From assembly GCF_006345805.1 (NCBI RefSeq), contig NC_043009.1, forward strand, positions 47,616,001 to 47,680,000: DNA of 64,000 bases, written 5' to 3'. Position 1 is the stretch's first letter, and each line of letters starts with the position of its first letter. Below, piece after piece: positions 49,291 to 62,632 of the stretch. The notes under the pieces were generated by a model that saw only the letters and a list, made by a program, of their open reading frames with translations, was not told where the DNA came from and ran no database searches. Both the position numbers and the translations under genes were made by a program. The stretch comes from Octopus sinensis. Taxonomy: Eukaryota.

Positions 49291-50099
49291 AGTTAATTTT
49301 TTTTTTAACTACTTCATTAAATTAATAGTTTTTAAGTGGGAAGTTTTAATTAATTAGCATTGCCAACATGCACTAACAGGTACAAGTCAATGAGCTTGCA
49401 ACTCAGAACCTGGAGAAGCAAGTCAGCATGAAATGGTAGCTTCTGTTGCTAGACCAAATGCCTTATTAAGGTACTGCGAGTGTGGTTTGGAATAAAAACC
49501 AAACATAAAAATAAGGAAAAGATCTTTCTTTGTATGGTTTTTGGTGAGTGGTTTTGGAAATATATTTTACAAAAGAAGTGTTGCTTGCTGGAGGTTGCTT
49601 GCTGGAGGGTGCGTATGTTTCTCTATGTTCGTTATTGTGTTATGTTGAAACAGTTGTTGCTGCTAATTACTTTGTATAGTGATTTTACTGCATGTTTTGT
49701 GGTTTACATTCAATACAAATGCCTTCAAGTTTTCTGCTTTTCTTTGCAAAATAACAAAGAAGATATTGTTTGTTATTTCCTTTTTTTGCTGCTTCAAGCT
49801 GAATTCTATTTATATTGTGTATTGTATCGGCATGTTATTTTTGAAACAGTTAGTTTTTAGACAATTTCAGTTGTGTGGTAAGGATTATGATTTTTTTCCA
49901 TTCTTACTTTATTCTGTCATTTGCAGTGTTAGTATATTCCAGAAGGATATTTTATAAATATCATGAAATACCATGAAACCACAACAATTGTTTGGAAGGT
50001 TCTGTCTTAAGCAGTGTATACCAAGATATTTGTGAGTAGTCAGAGTTTTGTATTGGGTTCCAGAAATATACCTTTATTATTGCAATGTTTCCAGTGTTG

Positions 50100-50445
50100 C
50101 CTTATTGGCACATGTGCTGGTGACATGTGAAAAACAATATATTCGAGAGTGGTCATTGCCAGCGCCACCGGACTGGCTCCTGTGCAGGTAGCACGTAAAA
50201 ACACCTTTTGCGCATGGTCGTTGCCAATTCCACCTAACTGGCCTTGTGCCGGTGGCACACAAAAAGCACCCATTACACTCTCGGAGTGGTTGGCATTAGG
50301 AAGGGCATCTAGCTGTAGAAACTTTGTCAGATCAGACTGGAGCCTGGTACAGCCTCTAGCTCACCAGTCCTCAGTCAAACTGCCCAACCCATGCCAGCAT
50401 GGAAAGCGGACATTAAACGATGATGATGATGATGATGATGATGAA
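50100..50445 (+). mobile_element. RTE-tailed repeat ending in (GAT)n
   Basis: ggcattaggaagggcatc..ccaacccatgccagcatggaaagcggacattaaacgatgat. Confidence 0.85.
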
Positions 50446-50919
50446 TATCATGTACAACAAATAAAGTTTTTGTTCTATGATGGAATTTTTAAAGCCATCG
50501 ATGATATATATCAGTATGTTCAGCTTCTAATGTGCATGTTGCACATTGGCAACATTGGTGTGATGTATTTTTTGTGATGTGTCTGACGTTTGGCACTTAT
50601 TTCATTGAACCCCAAAAGGATGACCGGCAAGGTTGGCCTCAGTGGAATTTGAACTCAGAATGAAAATGTAAGTACAGATGAAATACAGCTGTTTCAGCTG
50701 GTGTGGTAACGATACTGCAAGCTCAACATCTTATCTCCTTATCAATAACCTTATTAATTGTTGGGATGTATATTATGACAGATATTAAACACAACTGAGT
50801 CGCTCATATCTGTGAACCACACAATAAGTCATTCAAAAAGTAACGTATGCATTTATAATACGTCAGCTTCACTGAGGCTGCTGACTGGTGAATCACAATA
50901 GCAACTACAGCAACTAGAA

Positions 50920-51138
50920 CAGTGCTTTTCAACCTTTTTGCTGGAGCGGAACCCCAAGAAAACGTTTCACTGGCTCGAGGAACCCCTGTGCAATAATTTA
51001 ATTGTCTTATGCACACATATCTGCACAGGAGAATTAAAAATTACTGCCGATTTTAGCAGTTTTGTAACTTCTTGCGGAACCCCTGGACTGTACTGATGGA
51101 ACCCTAAGGTTCCGCGGAACCCTGTTTGAAAACCACTG
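50920..51138. mobile_element. hAT/Charlie-type MITE, 219 bp
   Basis: TIR cagtgcttttcaa / ttgaaaaccactg; perfect 8-bp TSD aactagaa. Confidence 0.92.
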
Positions 51139-52507
51139 AACTAGAATATGCTCCCAATCCCCTGAAATAACTGCCTCCTTGGGGCTGAGTTTTGAATAAC
51201 TGTAACTACTACCCTGTGGAAACCTCTCTTCACTCCTATGTATTATTGCCAGAATACATTACCCAGCCTTGCATATAATGGATTTTCCCTACAGAGAGCT
51301 CTCAGTTAATGTCCTTTGGAATTCTTTTCTTTCCTATTTATTATTGGCCAATTCCAAAATAACTGTCTTTTAATGTGACAGGAATCTCAACATATATTGG
51401 GAAATCCCTTCTATTTTCATATATGAAAACAGCTATGTCATTTATACACATATGCATTACAAACCTTGCAGACAAATGCAAATATCTGTATTTGCACAAA
51501 TATAATAATTTGGAGGTGTTTCCACACACACAGAAACACATTCATACATACACACATACATGCATACGCATGGAGATTCATGTAAAATTGACACACATTA
51601 ACATGCAGCTGAAGAAAATAATTTTTGTTTTTTTTTAATTCTGATGCATGTGATAGTTTGAAAGAGAAGAAAAAGCTTTGATGATTGAAGCTTTCTGTTT
51701 GATAAATGGATTTATAAAACTCACACCAGCCACGTATCTCAATTAGCATGATACAGTTGTTCGTTTATCTGCTGTGCAAGTTAATTACACTGATAGTAAA
51801 GGTAGCTTGAACTGGGGCTGCAAAGATTGCTGCTCATTAGAAAGACAACTTCAAAGACAAAAAGAAAATAATAAAACAGAACTCGAAGATAGCTCCATCA
51901 TGGTAAATTGATTTTCATCTGTATGAGTTGATCATTGTAAACTGGCTGATTTCATAATAAAAATACAAGATATTTGAATGTAAAACATAATTTTTCAGTG
52001 TCTTTTGATATTGCGAAAAGACACATTAAAATAAAAAAAAAAAAGAAAAAGAAAAAGTTGGAATGACTGAATGGTGATAGCATTAATTCTTTGATAGGAT
52101 TATATATATTTGATGTCTTATACTGTGATGTCCATATAGATTTTTTATATTATGAAATTTGGTCATTATGCATAAAAAAAAAGATTCCATTTTATTTTAC
52201 TGAACTGATCTTACATCAAACAAATTGGTATTTAAACCTCCATTTAGTCATATACATGTGTGTGTGTGTAAATATAAAAGTATATATATATAAAAGTAAA
52301 TGTATATTTATATGTATGTGTGTGTGTGTATGTATTTATATATATATAAAATATAGGTGTGTGTGTGTGTTTGTATCATTGACGTCATAAGAATTTTATA
52401 AACTTTCAAAAGAATGTGAAATAATTATTTTTTAGAAACACACTTTTTCTATTTAAAAGGTCTTTAGCAACCTAATATTTTCATGGTCTTTTTCATAGCT
52501 TTATTTG

Positions 52508-52541
<34 letters not shown>

Positions 52542-53029
52542 TACACACACACAAACACTCACACACACATATACATACTCACTAGTATATTAAATTATGA
52601 AAATATCAATCCATATAAAATACTGCATGTCTCTTGAAAATTGTTAATCAATATGAATGTTGGAGCTATTTCCCTAGTCTTTTATGACAAGAATAATTAT
52701 TAATTAATGCTAATGATTTTTTTTTATTTAATATAAGTATAATTTTAGTTGATTAAAATATTCTTCTGTGACACATTACAATAAGTATGTTAACTCTCAC
52801 TTGATATTTTTCATGCAGAGAAAATCCTTGGTAAAAATATTTCCCAGTCATTATTTTAAATTACTTAGGCTATGAACTTTGTTAAAGGCACCCAATACCT
52901 AGGTGATGGTGCTAATCCAGGTGACAGATTAAGCCCAACACCCAAGTAGACCATGGTATGATTAGAACTTGCAACATAGAGAGCTGGAACAAATACCACA
53001 AAACATTGCATTCAAAACTAACAGTTCTG

Positions 53030-53470
53030 TCAGTCCACCACACTAGATCGGTACATCATTTATTGACCCAAGAAATACGAAAAACAGAGTTGACCTCAGC
53101 AGGATTTGAACTCAGAATACAAGAAACCAGAATGAATGCAAAGTATTTCATTGGATGCTCTAACAAATTTGCTAACTCACCATCACCATATTTGGTCTGA
53201 TAAAGAACAATGCATAAACTGATAATTATTTTCATTTTTAGTAAATGTAATAATCCTTTCTACTATAGGCACAAGGCTTGAAATTTGTGGGGAGGGGGTA
53301 AGTTGATAACATCAACCCCAGTGCTCCATTGGTACTTATTTCCTTGACCCCGAAAAGATGAAAGGCAAAGTCGACCTCCGTGGTATTTGAACTCAGAATG
53401 TAAAAACAGACAAAATACTACTCACCATTTCGCCCGGTATGCTAACAATTTTGCCAGCTCGCCACCTTAG
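53030..53470 (-). mobile_element. Two SINE B copies
   Basis: Family B cores. Confidence 0.75.
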
Positions 53471-53489
53471 TACATGTAATAAATAGATA

Positions 53490-54393
53490 TTTTTCTGATT
53501 CTAGGTATGATATTTGTAACCCAGTCACTAAACTCTACTGGATCTGTAATGACATCCTTCATTAATCTAATTTTTGATAAGTTCCAACATTCCATTCGAG
53601 TGTTAATTAACGAACTTTTGTCACAAAAGATCTTTGTTAGCAATTCAATAGTTTCTTGGAAACACATCTCACTCGACATTTTGGGCAATAGAAAGTTACA
53701 GGAGCATTAATGCTTGGCCAGAGTTACCTTGTGTAGTAATAGCCTCACTTTCCCTTCATCTGACCATGACTTGCAGTCTTTGTTAAAAATTTTCTCATAC
53801 CTTCTATAGTATGCAGGAAACATGATACCCTTTTCTGGATCATAAGTGAATTCAGAAATTGAGTTCACCATGCCATCTGGCATAAACGAACTTACCGAAT
53901 TTTTGGACTTCCTTGACTGTCACTCAATTGTTGTTGTAATATTTGCTTCTGCAACTCCTGTAGTTGTTCCTGTTGCTTTTCTTGAAGCTGTATTACTGCA
54001 GCTAATAGACTCTCCATAATTTAACAATTTGTATGATGCACAAATTGTCAAATAACCTACGTGAACTTCAAAAAAAATCCTTGTCACCAGATGTTATATT
54101 CTTACACCCCCCAATATCGTAGTACAGTTGATAGTGTTGACGATAGATAAAGAATATACTGTAACAGTGATATAACAATGCAAAACAGAAACAGCGACAG
54201 TAACAAACACGTTACGAACCAACAATCTTTTATGAACCAACATTCAATATTTCCAACACACTAATTCAAACTGTAAACTGTACTTGGTCTTTGAAGACCA
54301 AACTACAAACTGCCAACTACGTCAGACTGCGACTATTTATATGTAGGGGTCCCGTCTATTCTTGTCAGTGGGTATAGTACTCCCACCACTACA
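53490..54393 (-). mobile_element. Gypsy-type LTR retrotransposon 5' part: LTR (54092-54393), PBS, decayed gag, short RT piece
   Basis: LTR TG..CA; PBS tggtgacaagga 2 nt downstream; ISEFTYDPEKG..YRRYE..KVRLLL..LPK gag-like. Confidence 0.8.
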
Positions 54394-54874
54394 GTTCTAA
54401 TAAGCAGTATTCTGTTAGAGATTGATGATGTCAGAAAACCACTGAGCAATCAGATCTCTGGCAGAGATTACTGTATCAACTTGAAAATGATTCACTCAAT
54501 TATTGATGACATCAAAACACTGACCACTTTGGATCTCAGGTAGATCAGGATGTCATCAACAAGTTGTTTTTCCTGCCCTTTCCCTTGACAGAAGCATTAA
54601 CTATAAACAGAAATGTCACTCTGTTAAGTGATAGTGGTGACAGATGCTTTTAGCTGATCAGCCGTGAGTATGGCCATAACAGTGAAGACCAATGGATGAT
54701 AATGGTCATGACAGTTTAAACCACCTAGCTGCTAGAACCACTGATGATGGTCACTGGTATTGCTCCCCCAACAATGTCTCATACGAACTGAACTATCTAA
54801 CTTGGCATAAACATTCCTTTTCTGTCATTAGTTGTAACAACAAACATTGTTTTGCTTTAATGATAAACAGATAT

Positions 54875-55344
54875 AAACAGATATTGTTGTATTTAGGGAT
54901 GGTCATGTTGCCAGTTTAGCCAATAAAACACATGCACTATACATCTGGTGTTAATTTGCTTCAGCTTTATTTTATTTTTTACATTAATCGTATTTCGGCC
55001 AGAGTTCTTTCGTCACACTTCTGTGACCTCATCAGTGGTCCTTTGCTTTCTCCTTTCTTATTTGTGTGTCTTTCCTTACTGCCGATCACCCATTTTGTAT
55101 ATTTTTTTCTGAATACAAAATACAAAATGGCTGATCGGCAGTAAGGAAAGACACACAAATAAGAAAGGAGAAAGCAAAGATCACTGATGAGGTCACAGAA
55201 GTGTGACAAAAGAACTCTGGCCGAAATATGATTAATGTAAAAAATAAAATAAAGCTGAAGCAAATTAACACCAAATATATAGTGCATGTGTTTTATTGGC
55301 TAAACTGGCAAAATGACCAATGCTAAATACAACAATATCTGTTT
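54875..55344. repeat. 470-bp palindrome (about 225-bp arms, 19-nt loop) with hammerhead-like cores
   Basis: Arms are reverse complements with few mismatches; ctgatgag-gtcac..gtgac-gaaa in the left arm (minus strand). Confidence 0.95.
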
Positions 55345-57234
55345 CAACACATGACTTCACATGAAGAATCTTGCAAAATGAATATATAAACGTATAAATA
55401 GGTATTTTTGTATTTAGAATTTCATATGGGCTTCTTGTTCTTGCACCCATCTCTCAACTCAACCAAATTGTTATACTGGTGACAACCAATAAAAAAAATA
55501 TTCATATCATCGCAACACTAAATGGAAGTGAAAATGAACATTGGATATTCAACCACTCTTGTATTTAACTGTCAATGATCAGAAATTTTAACATGCGCCA
55601 CAGAATCTCTCTATCAAATATTTTTATCATTTTATGGGTGAATCTGTTGCATGTAGCGGGAAGATGATAGAATTTGTGCAATTTTAAGGGCAGGTTTGTA
55701 CCCATTAAGTTGTTTTGGATTTGGGGTGGATGCAGAGGGAACCCTTAGATTATTTCTTTGCATTGTAAGTGGAAGGAATAGCTAAGGTAAGAAGTATTGA
55801 TGTTAATCTTGCATTTGGAGACTTACTGACATATTTAAACTTGGATTAGGCACCCATAAAGGTACCAGTGTGAACTTAAAACTTAAAGGTCGAAGCAGGG
55901 CTGTTAGAAAAAAAGCTTACATAATTTCATTTGATCTAAGGCACTTGGTAGAACTTTAATTAGATTAGTGAAAAAAGTCATTACAGAGTTTAGTGACTGG
56001 GTTACAAATATCATACCTAGAATCAGAAAAGAATATCTGAAAATGTTAAACCTATTATAAACCATCATCTACCAACAGAGTGAATGTAATGTCCTTTTCA
56101 AGGTATCAGGTAGTAAGTTGTTCAGTATTCATAATTAGCTTGCAGGCTATGATCAGATGGTGGTTGGTCACAATTCTAAATATTTTGAAAACTATAAGGG
56201 GTTTTACATTTTCATCTATTTAGCTTTCAGTGTTAAGATGGCACTTGTGTATTGGAAAACTGCTATAAAACATATTGAAAAGCTTAACAGGTGTTGGAAT
56301 ATGTTATGCGGATATCTTGATCACAGCTAGTTTTACAGCTAAGAACAACCAACATCTAGTAAAGTGCTGCAAAGACAAATATAAATTTATGCTTAGAGTA
56401 TCTTGAACTTATTATTGATGAGTTTGGTGGGAGACCAATCCACAGTAAAGTAGAGAGTATTGTGGAAACTGAATTTCCTGAAGATGATAAGAAATACAGA
56501 TCTTACCAAGGTCTGTTAGGTTATTATATGACATTCTTGTCTAAATTTTCAGAAGCAGTTAAACCACATACTGGTTTGTTTCTGACTTAGTTGCAGAAGT
56601 TTAAGTGACCTACAAGGTATAAATATGATGCACTCAACCAATTTAAAGAATCTTAAAAGATTCTGTTGTTACACTTTTACCCAAAATTGCTTGTTCTAAA
56701 TGGTGGTGTGTCACGTGTAGCTGTATTTCTCCAATTGTTTAGGCACCCACTGTCAAATTAATCACCCTGAAACAGAATTATTCTCAACTAGTGCATAGTG
56801 TTCTCAATATCATTTTTCTTGTGGGTGGGATACAACAATTTTTACTATTTTCTCTTTATTCATAAATTTACTTTTGTAATAAATAACAACCATTAAGTAC
56901 AATTTTTGCATCAAAGACTGGTTTACCTGCTAAATAAATTGTCTGGTTTTGATTATAATATGAAATGTTATAAGGTTCAACTTAATAAGTAAACTGTATA
57001 TCTAGATATCTGGAAAGCTGAGACAGAGAATATCTTGAAAGAAGTAGTGGCATTTGCATTCAAAGTATCTGATTTACGCATCATGCCTGATAAAGGTAAT
57101 ACATCTACAGACAATGAATCTAGCTTAGTTGAAGATGTTTTGAGATTAGATGGAGATTGTTTCAGGAAAGATGTTACCAAAGACTCATGTTCATTTGCAA
57201 CTGGCACTTTGTTGGTTATGATGACATGACAAGG

Positions 57235-57530
57235 GTCCCAGTTGATCTGATCAATGGAATAGCCTGCAGGTGAAATTGATGGGCAAGTGGGTGAGCACTT
57301 CACAGACATGTGTTGTACCCTTAATGTAGTTCTCTAGGAGATTTGGTATGAGACAGAATGCGACAAGGCTGGTCCTTTGAAATACACGTACAACTCATTT
57401 TTGCCAGCTGAGTGGACTGGAGCAATGTGAAAGAAAGTGTTTTGCTCAAGGACACAATTCATTGCTGGGAATTGAACTTACACCCATATGATCGTGAGCC
57501 AAATACCCTAACCACTAGGGTACACACCTT
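57235..57530 (-). mobile_element. SINE C inside Gypsy pol
   Basis: Reverse complement of 12889-13165. Confidence 0.8.
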
Positions 57531-58009
57531 CACATTTGCAAATAAAGGAGATGAAATATCCATGGTTGGTTGTATACTGAAATGGGAAATTTGGGTGGTG
57601 AAACTTCCAAACAGCCTTTGTTTGAATGAATTACATGAGGGACACCTGGATATAAGTAAAACAAAGGCTTTCAGTAGGTCATTTGTTTGATGACCTGGCT
57701 TTGATGATAGGGTAGTGAGCTGTTGTAAAACCTGTCCATTATATCTAAATTTTTGGTTAGAAATATACCAAGAGTAGAGGTACACACTTACTATCTATGA
57801 AAGTAATGAAATGGATATATATTGATAGTGTAGATCATATCAGAAGCTTCATCATGTTGATTATCGTGGTTGTGTATTCTACCATGGATGCGTATTCTTA
57901 GCAAGCATACAATGTCAATTGTTACCATTATTGCAAGGCTTAGTAACTACCTGACAAATTATTGGTTGGTCTAGGAACTGGTGTCAGATAATAGACTACA
58001 GTCTATTAT

Positions 58010-58240
58010 AAAGCAGCGAGCTGGCAGAAACGTTAGCATGCCGGGCGAAATTCTTAGCGGTATTTCGTCTGCATTACGTTGGGAGTTCAAATTCCGCCGA
58101 GGTTGACTTTGCCTTTCATCCTTTCGGGGTCGATAAATTAAGTACCAGTTATGCACTGGGGTCGATGTAATCGACTTAATACCAATGTCTGTCCTTGTTT
58201 GTCCCCTCTGTGTTTAGCCTCTTGTGGGTAATAAAGAAAT
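58010..58240 (+). mobile_element. Young full-length SINE B with Tx1-like tail
   Basis: 17-bp TSD agataatagactacagt (57986-58002, 58241-58257). Confidence 0.92.
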
Positions 58241-59098
58241 AGATAATAGACTACAGTTTACTTCAAACATTTTGATGGTATTATTTAGAAGATATCAGTG
58301 CTCTGTCAGCCTATTAACCAGTGGACAAGCAAACAGTTGAACGCGTTCTGCAGCTGTGCATGAAGTGGTTTTCAAAATAGTTTGAGTAAGTTTTTTTTTT
58401 ACATTCTACAGAAATTGAGCTCATATATTGACTGAAGTGTCTCTAGTCAATATATCAACTAGATGACTCTAGTTGTTATATGACTAGAGGTTAATCTGTA
58501 GAGAATCTGGTACTTGACAGAATTTAGACCTTGTTATAAAGATAATGTTTCAACTGGTAAGGGTAGTATAAAGTCTGTTTCGAAATCAAGCAAGTAGGTT
58601 TGTGTGGATGCAAAATTCATTTAAGTTAACAAAAAGTGTTAGGAGGTAAAATTTAGTTAGGGAAGACCCACTACTTTATCTTGATGGTATTAGGGGTAGA
58701 GTAGAAAGTACCATTTCCATTAGCTAAAAACCTATGATGAGTGTATTACATCTTCAAAATAAAATTACTTGCATCAAAAACAAAACTGTGTCCTACATTC
58801 TCTGTAGGATATAATGGGTAATCAAAATCTCTTCTCCCAGAATGTAAACAGAAGAGCTACCAAAATGTAACTAAAGCAACAAAGCAAAAGAACATCCTAG
58901 CAATTTCCTTACTTATTAGAATATTAGTGTAAGGTAAAATGAGCACAGATTGAAGAAGCTACAAGCTTATTTAATGATTTATCTTGATGATATGATAAAC
59001 TGAAGAACAGGTGCGAATTAACACAGAAAACAAATAACAAATTCAGTTACTATTTATAACATTTCAGACAACAAATAATATTTTCGTTGTTTTAACAG

Positions 59099-59173
59099 AA
59101 AGAGATTAAAGAAAGAAGGAGCAACTGGGCTTTCAGAGATTACATTTCAGAGGAATATTTAACTAGCACATAG
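59099..59173 (+). CDS. Candidate terminal plus-strand exon [24 protein letters not shown]
   Basis: Strong acceptor ttttcgttgttttaacag; phase 0 open to TAG; phase-compatible with 38768. Confidence 0.35.
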   Translation, partial: KEIKERRSNWAFRDYISEEYLTST

Positions 59174-59237
59174 GTAAAACGTTAAAAAAAAGTTTCCTAA
59201 TTACTGAAAAGTAAATTCTGCTGTTAAAAGAACAATT

Positions 59238-59238
59238 A

Positions 59239-59319
<81 letters not shown>

Positions 59320-59368
59320 CATACACACATACAAATATATATATATATATACACATACATACATACAT

Positions 59369-59435
<67 letters not shown>
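59238..59435. repeat. Long (TA)n microsatellite
   Basis: Direct reading. Confidence 0.95.
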
Positions 59436-59438
<3 letters not shown>

Positions 59439-59880
59439 CTGACAGGTTCATTGAAGTTCATAAGGAATAATAAGAATAAACAATTTTAAAATTTCATAAT
59501 TTGAAAACTAGAGAAATTTTTTACACTTTCAGTACATTACAAAATAAAGATCTCTCTCTCTCTCTCTCTAGTTTAGTAAGTAGTATTAGAAGAATATATA
59601 GCTACAAATGTTAGTGCCAAAAAAGAAAAAAAAAATCTGTAGTAGAGTATAGTGAAATATCATTACTAAACTAATATGGAGAACTTTTCCAAAACAAGTT
59701 AGAGAATGTGTAAGCTATATTTACAGCCATTCCAACAGAGAATTGAAACAAAAACTTAAGTCTGTGCAACTGTACACTTACTACTTCACATAATGTCTTT
59801 AACAAGACGTTGCATATCTTCAAAATTACATCTATCTGGAAGAGGTACTTACTAGTATCCGTGTGTACTTATGTGTTTGT

Positions 59881-59915
<35 letters not shown>

Positions 59916-60879
59916 CACATACAAATAAATGAAATTTTTTGAACAGATACAGACAAAACTTGAAATATAATTACATATATAAGACAAATAAGATAAGTAC
60001 ATTATATTAACAAAATAACATGCTACATATAAATATACATGAATCCATCTTTCTTGCTCTGTCTCTCTTTCTCTCCCACTGTATATTTCATGTGGAAATT
60101 GAAAATGTGATTTGTCAAGAAATGCAATTGTTTTCGTTTTTAAAGTGTGCCAAAAAATTTGTCTTAAAATCAGCTTCAGGTAGTCTTGCAAAGATAGCTC
60201 TGAAATTAACCCTCAGAAAGATAAAGTAAAACTTACGTTACCCACAACCATCATTAACCAAACAGTTATAATTAATGTGAAATAATGAATCTAATTGAGA
60301 ACAAGAATTATGATGTTGTCTAGCTATAGATGTAAAAACATTAAAAAAAAAATAAGCAAAAAACAAAAGACATGTTTAATAGTGCATATGATAATACTGT
60401 ATGCTAATTATATCTCTACAAAAGAGTGTTACAAATTAGCCAAGTATCCTAGTTTGAAATAAAAATAATACAAATAGCAAACCTATGGCAGATGAAAGCA
60501 ACAATAATTCCAGTCGTTATTGATGTAGTTGGATAAATCAGAGAAAATAACTGACAACCACCAGCTTACCCAAATACAAAAGATTCTTCTAACTAGCACT
60601 GTTACCATTTTTTGTAGAATAGTGTTTACATGATAACTTGGTCAAAATTCACACAGCCTATTATCTTACATACTTTTATGATTGATTTATTTTGCTTTTT
60701 GTCTTTTTGTTTTGTTTAAATATCTCTTACATATGTAACTTTTAAGCCTGAACTAATGAAGGAAATTTTTGTTGTAGTCATACAACTTGCTAGAATTAGA
60801 AACCAAATCTACCTCAAATCAAGCCTTGCTGTTTTGAAAAAAAAAATAGACACATTGAATAAATGTAGTCACTGGTATA

Positions 60880-61110
60880 TCAGCATCATCATCATCATCC
60901 TCATCATTATGACCATCATCATCATCATTTAACATCCATTTTCTGCCTAGCATGGGTTGGATGGTTTGACCGGAATTAGCAAGGCTAGGAGCTGCACTAG
61001 GTTGCATGGTCTGTTTTTGACTTGCTTTCTACAGCTGGATGCCTTTCCTAATGCCAGCCACTTTACAGAGTGAACCGGGTCTTTTTACAAGGCACCATCA
61101 CCAGTACCAA
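60880..61110 (-). mobile_element. RTE-tailed repeat
   Basis: (cat)n..catgggttgga..gctggatgcctttcctaatgcc. Confidence 0.8.
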
Positions 61111-61344
61111 AAAAAAAAAAAACTAGATCATCATGGATAGAAAGGTTTTGATCATAGAAACTGCCTTCTACTCAAAGCTTCCTTTGCTTTATATCTTGAA
61201 AGGATGACTTCATAATGAATACAAACAATGAAATACAGTAAATATATAAAAACAATATTCATCATCATTATTTTTATGTTTACTTTCCATGCTAGCATAG
61301 GTTGGATGGGTGTAACTTAGATCTTATTAGGGCCTCCACTCTTG

Positions 61345-61748
61345 ATACTCTTTATTTGTTTCAGTCATTTGACTGCGGCCATGCAGGAGCACCACCTTTA
61401 GTCGAGCAAATCAACCCCGGGACTTATTCTTTGGAAGCCCAGTATTTATTCTATCGGTCTCTTTTGCCGAACCGCTAAGTGACGGGGACGTAAACACACC
61501 AGCATCGGTTGTCAAGCAATGCTATGGGAACAAACACAGACACACAAACATACACACATACATATATATATATACATATATACGACAGGCTTCTTTCACT
61601 TTCCGTCTACCAAATCCACTCACAAGGCATTGGTCAGCCCGAGGCTATAGCAGAAGACACTTGCCCAAGATGCCATGCAGTGGGACTGAACCCGGAACCA
61701 TGTGGTTGGTTAGCAAGCTACTTACCACACAGCCACTCCTGCGCCTGA
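61345..61748 (-). mobile_element. Young full-length SINE A
   Basis: Near-consensus. Confidence 0.92.
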
Positions 61749-62179
61749 TAAACTAGTGTTTGTACATTTCTTTTCTGGGGCTTGATTTCAACAATTTCAT
61801 ATCCTTCCAATCACCAACATTTTTACAGCATGTACTGGATGCATGATATTGTGGCACCAGCACTACAGATATTGACTAAAGGGACCTCACAACCTTTTAT
61901 GCTTTCTCTACTCATTTGCCAACAACTTCACAGAATGTACCAGCTGTATTTTATTGTGGAACCAACATGAGAGGGGTAGCCTTGTACACTAAAAAATTAA
62001 AACAATACACACTGCTCTATGATGTTTTAATAATTCTGCTATCAAGTGTGTCTTCACGATGATGGCAGCAAACAAGCCATGAAGATTGCATCAGAGAGGG
62101 GGGAGAGTCTCTATGAGGTTGTTCAACTTGCTAAAAGCAATATCCTATCTTTTGTTTTTTTCATCCTTTGGACTGTGGT

Positions 62180-62632
62180 ATAAAGAAGAGGAAGAGGAGG
62201 GGAAGGGGAAGGAAGAGAAAGCAGAGGAAGAGGAGGAAAGGGAGGAGGGAGAGGAAGATGGGAAGGAGGATGAAGATGAGAAGGAAGGAGAGGGGAGAAG
62301 AAGAGGAGGAAGACGGGGAGGAGGAGTATGAAGATTAGGAGAAAGGGGAGGGGGAGAAGCAGAAGGAAAGGAAAACAGGAGGAAGGGGAGGGGGAAAAGC
62401 AGAAGGAAAGGAAGACAGGAGGAGGGAGAACGGGAATAGGAAGAGGAGGAGGAGGCAGAAGAGGAAGAGGAGGAGGCAGAAGAGGAAGAGGAGGAAGCAG
62501 AGGAAGAAGGAAGAGGAAGCAGAGGAAGAAGGAAGAGGAAGCAGAGGAAGAAGGAAGAGGAAGCAGAGGAAGAAGGAAGAGGAAGCAGAGGAAGAAGGAA
62601 GAGGAAGCAGAAGAAGAAGAAGAAGAAGAAAA
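62180..62632. repeat. Polypurine GA-rich tract with 22-bp subunit gaggaagcagaggaagaaggaa
   Basis: Direct reading. Confidence 0.9.

Larger units (their letters stand above)
55450..58900 (+). mobile_element. Heavily decayed Gypsy pol (RT, RNase H, integrase) interrupted by SINEs
   Basis: EFSDWVTNI (RT start); LNELHEGHLDISKTKAFSRSFV*xPG..C..C (integrase HHCC). Confidence 0.75.

Noticed and set aside
54735-54790. Third ctgatga..ggtcac motif upstream of the palindrome
   Set aside because: No matching stem II or GAAA; not a hammerhead fold
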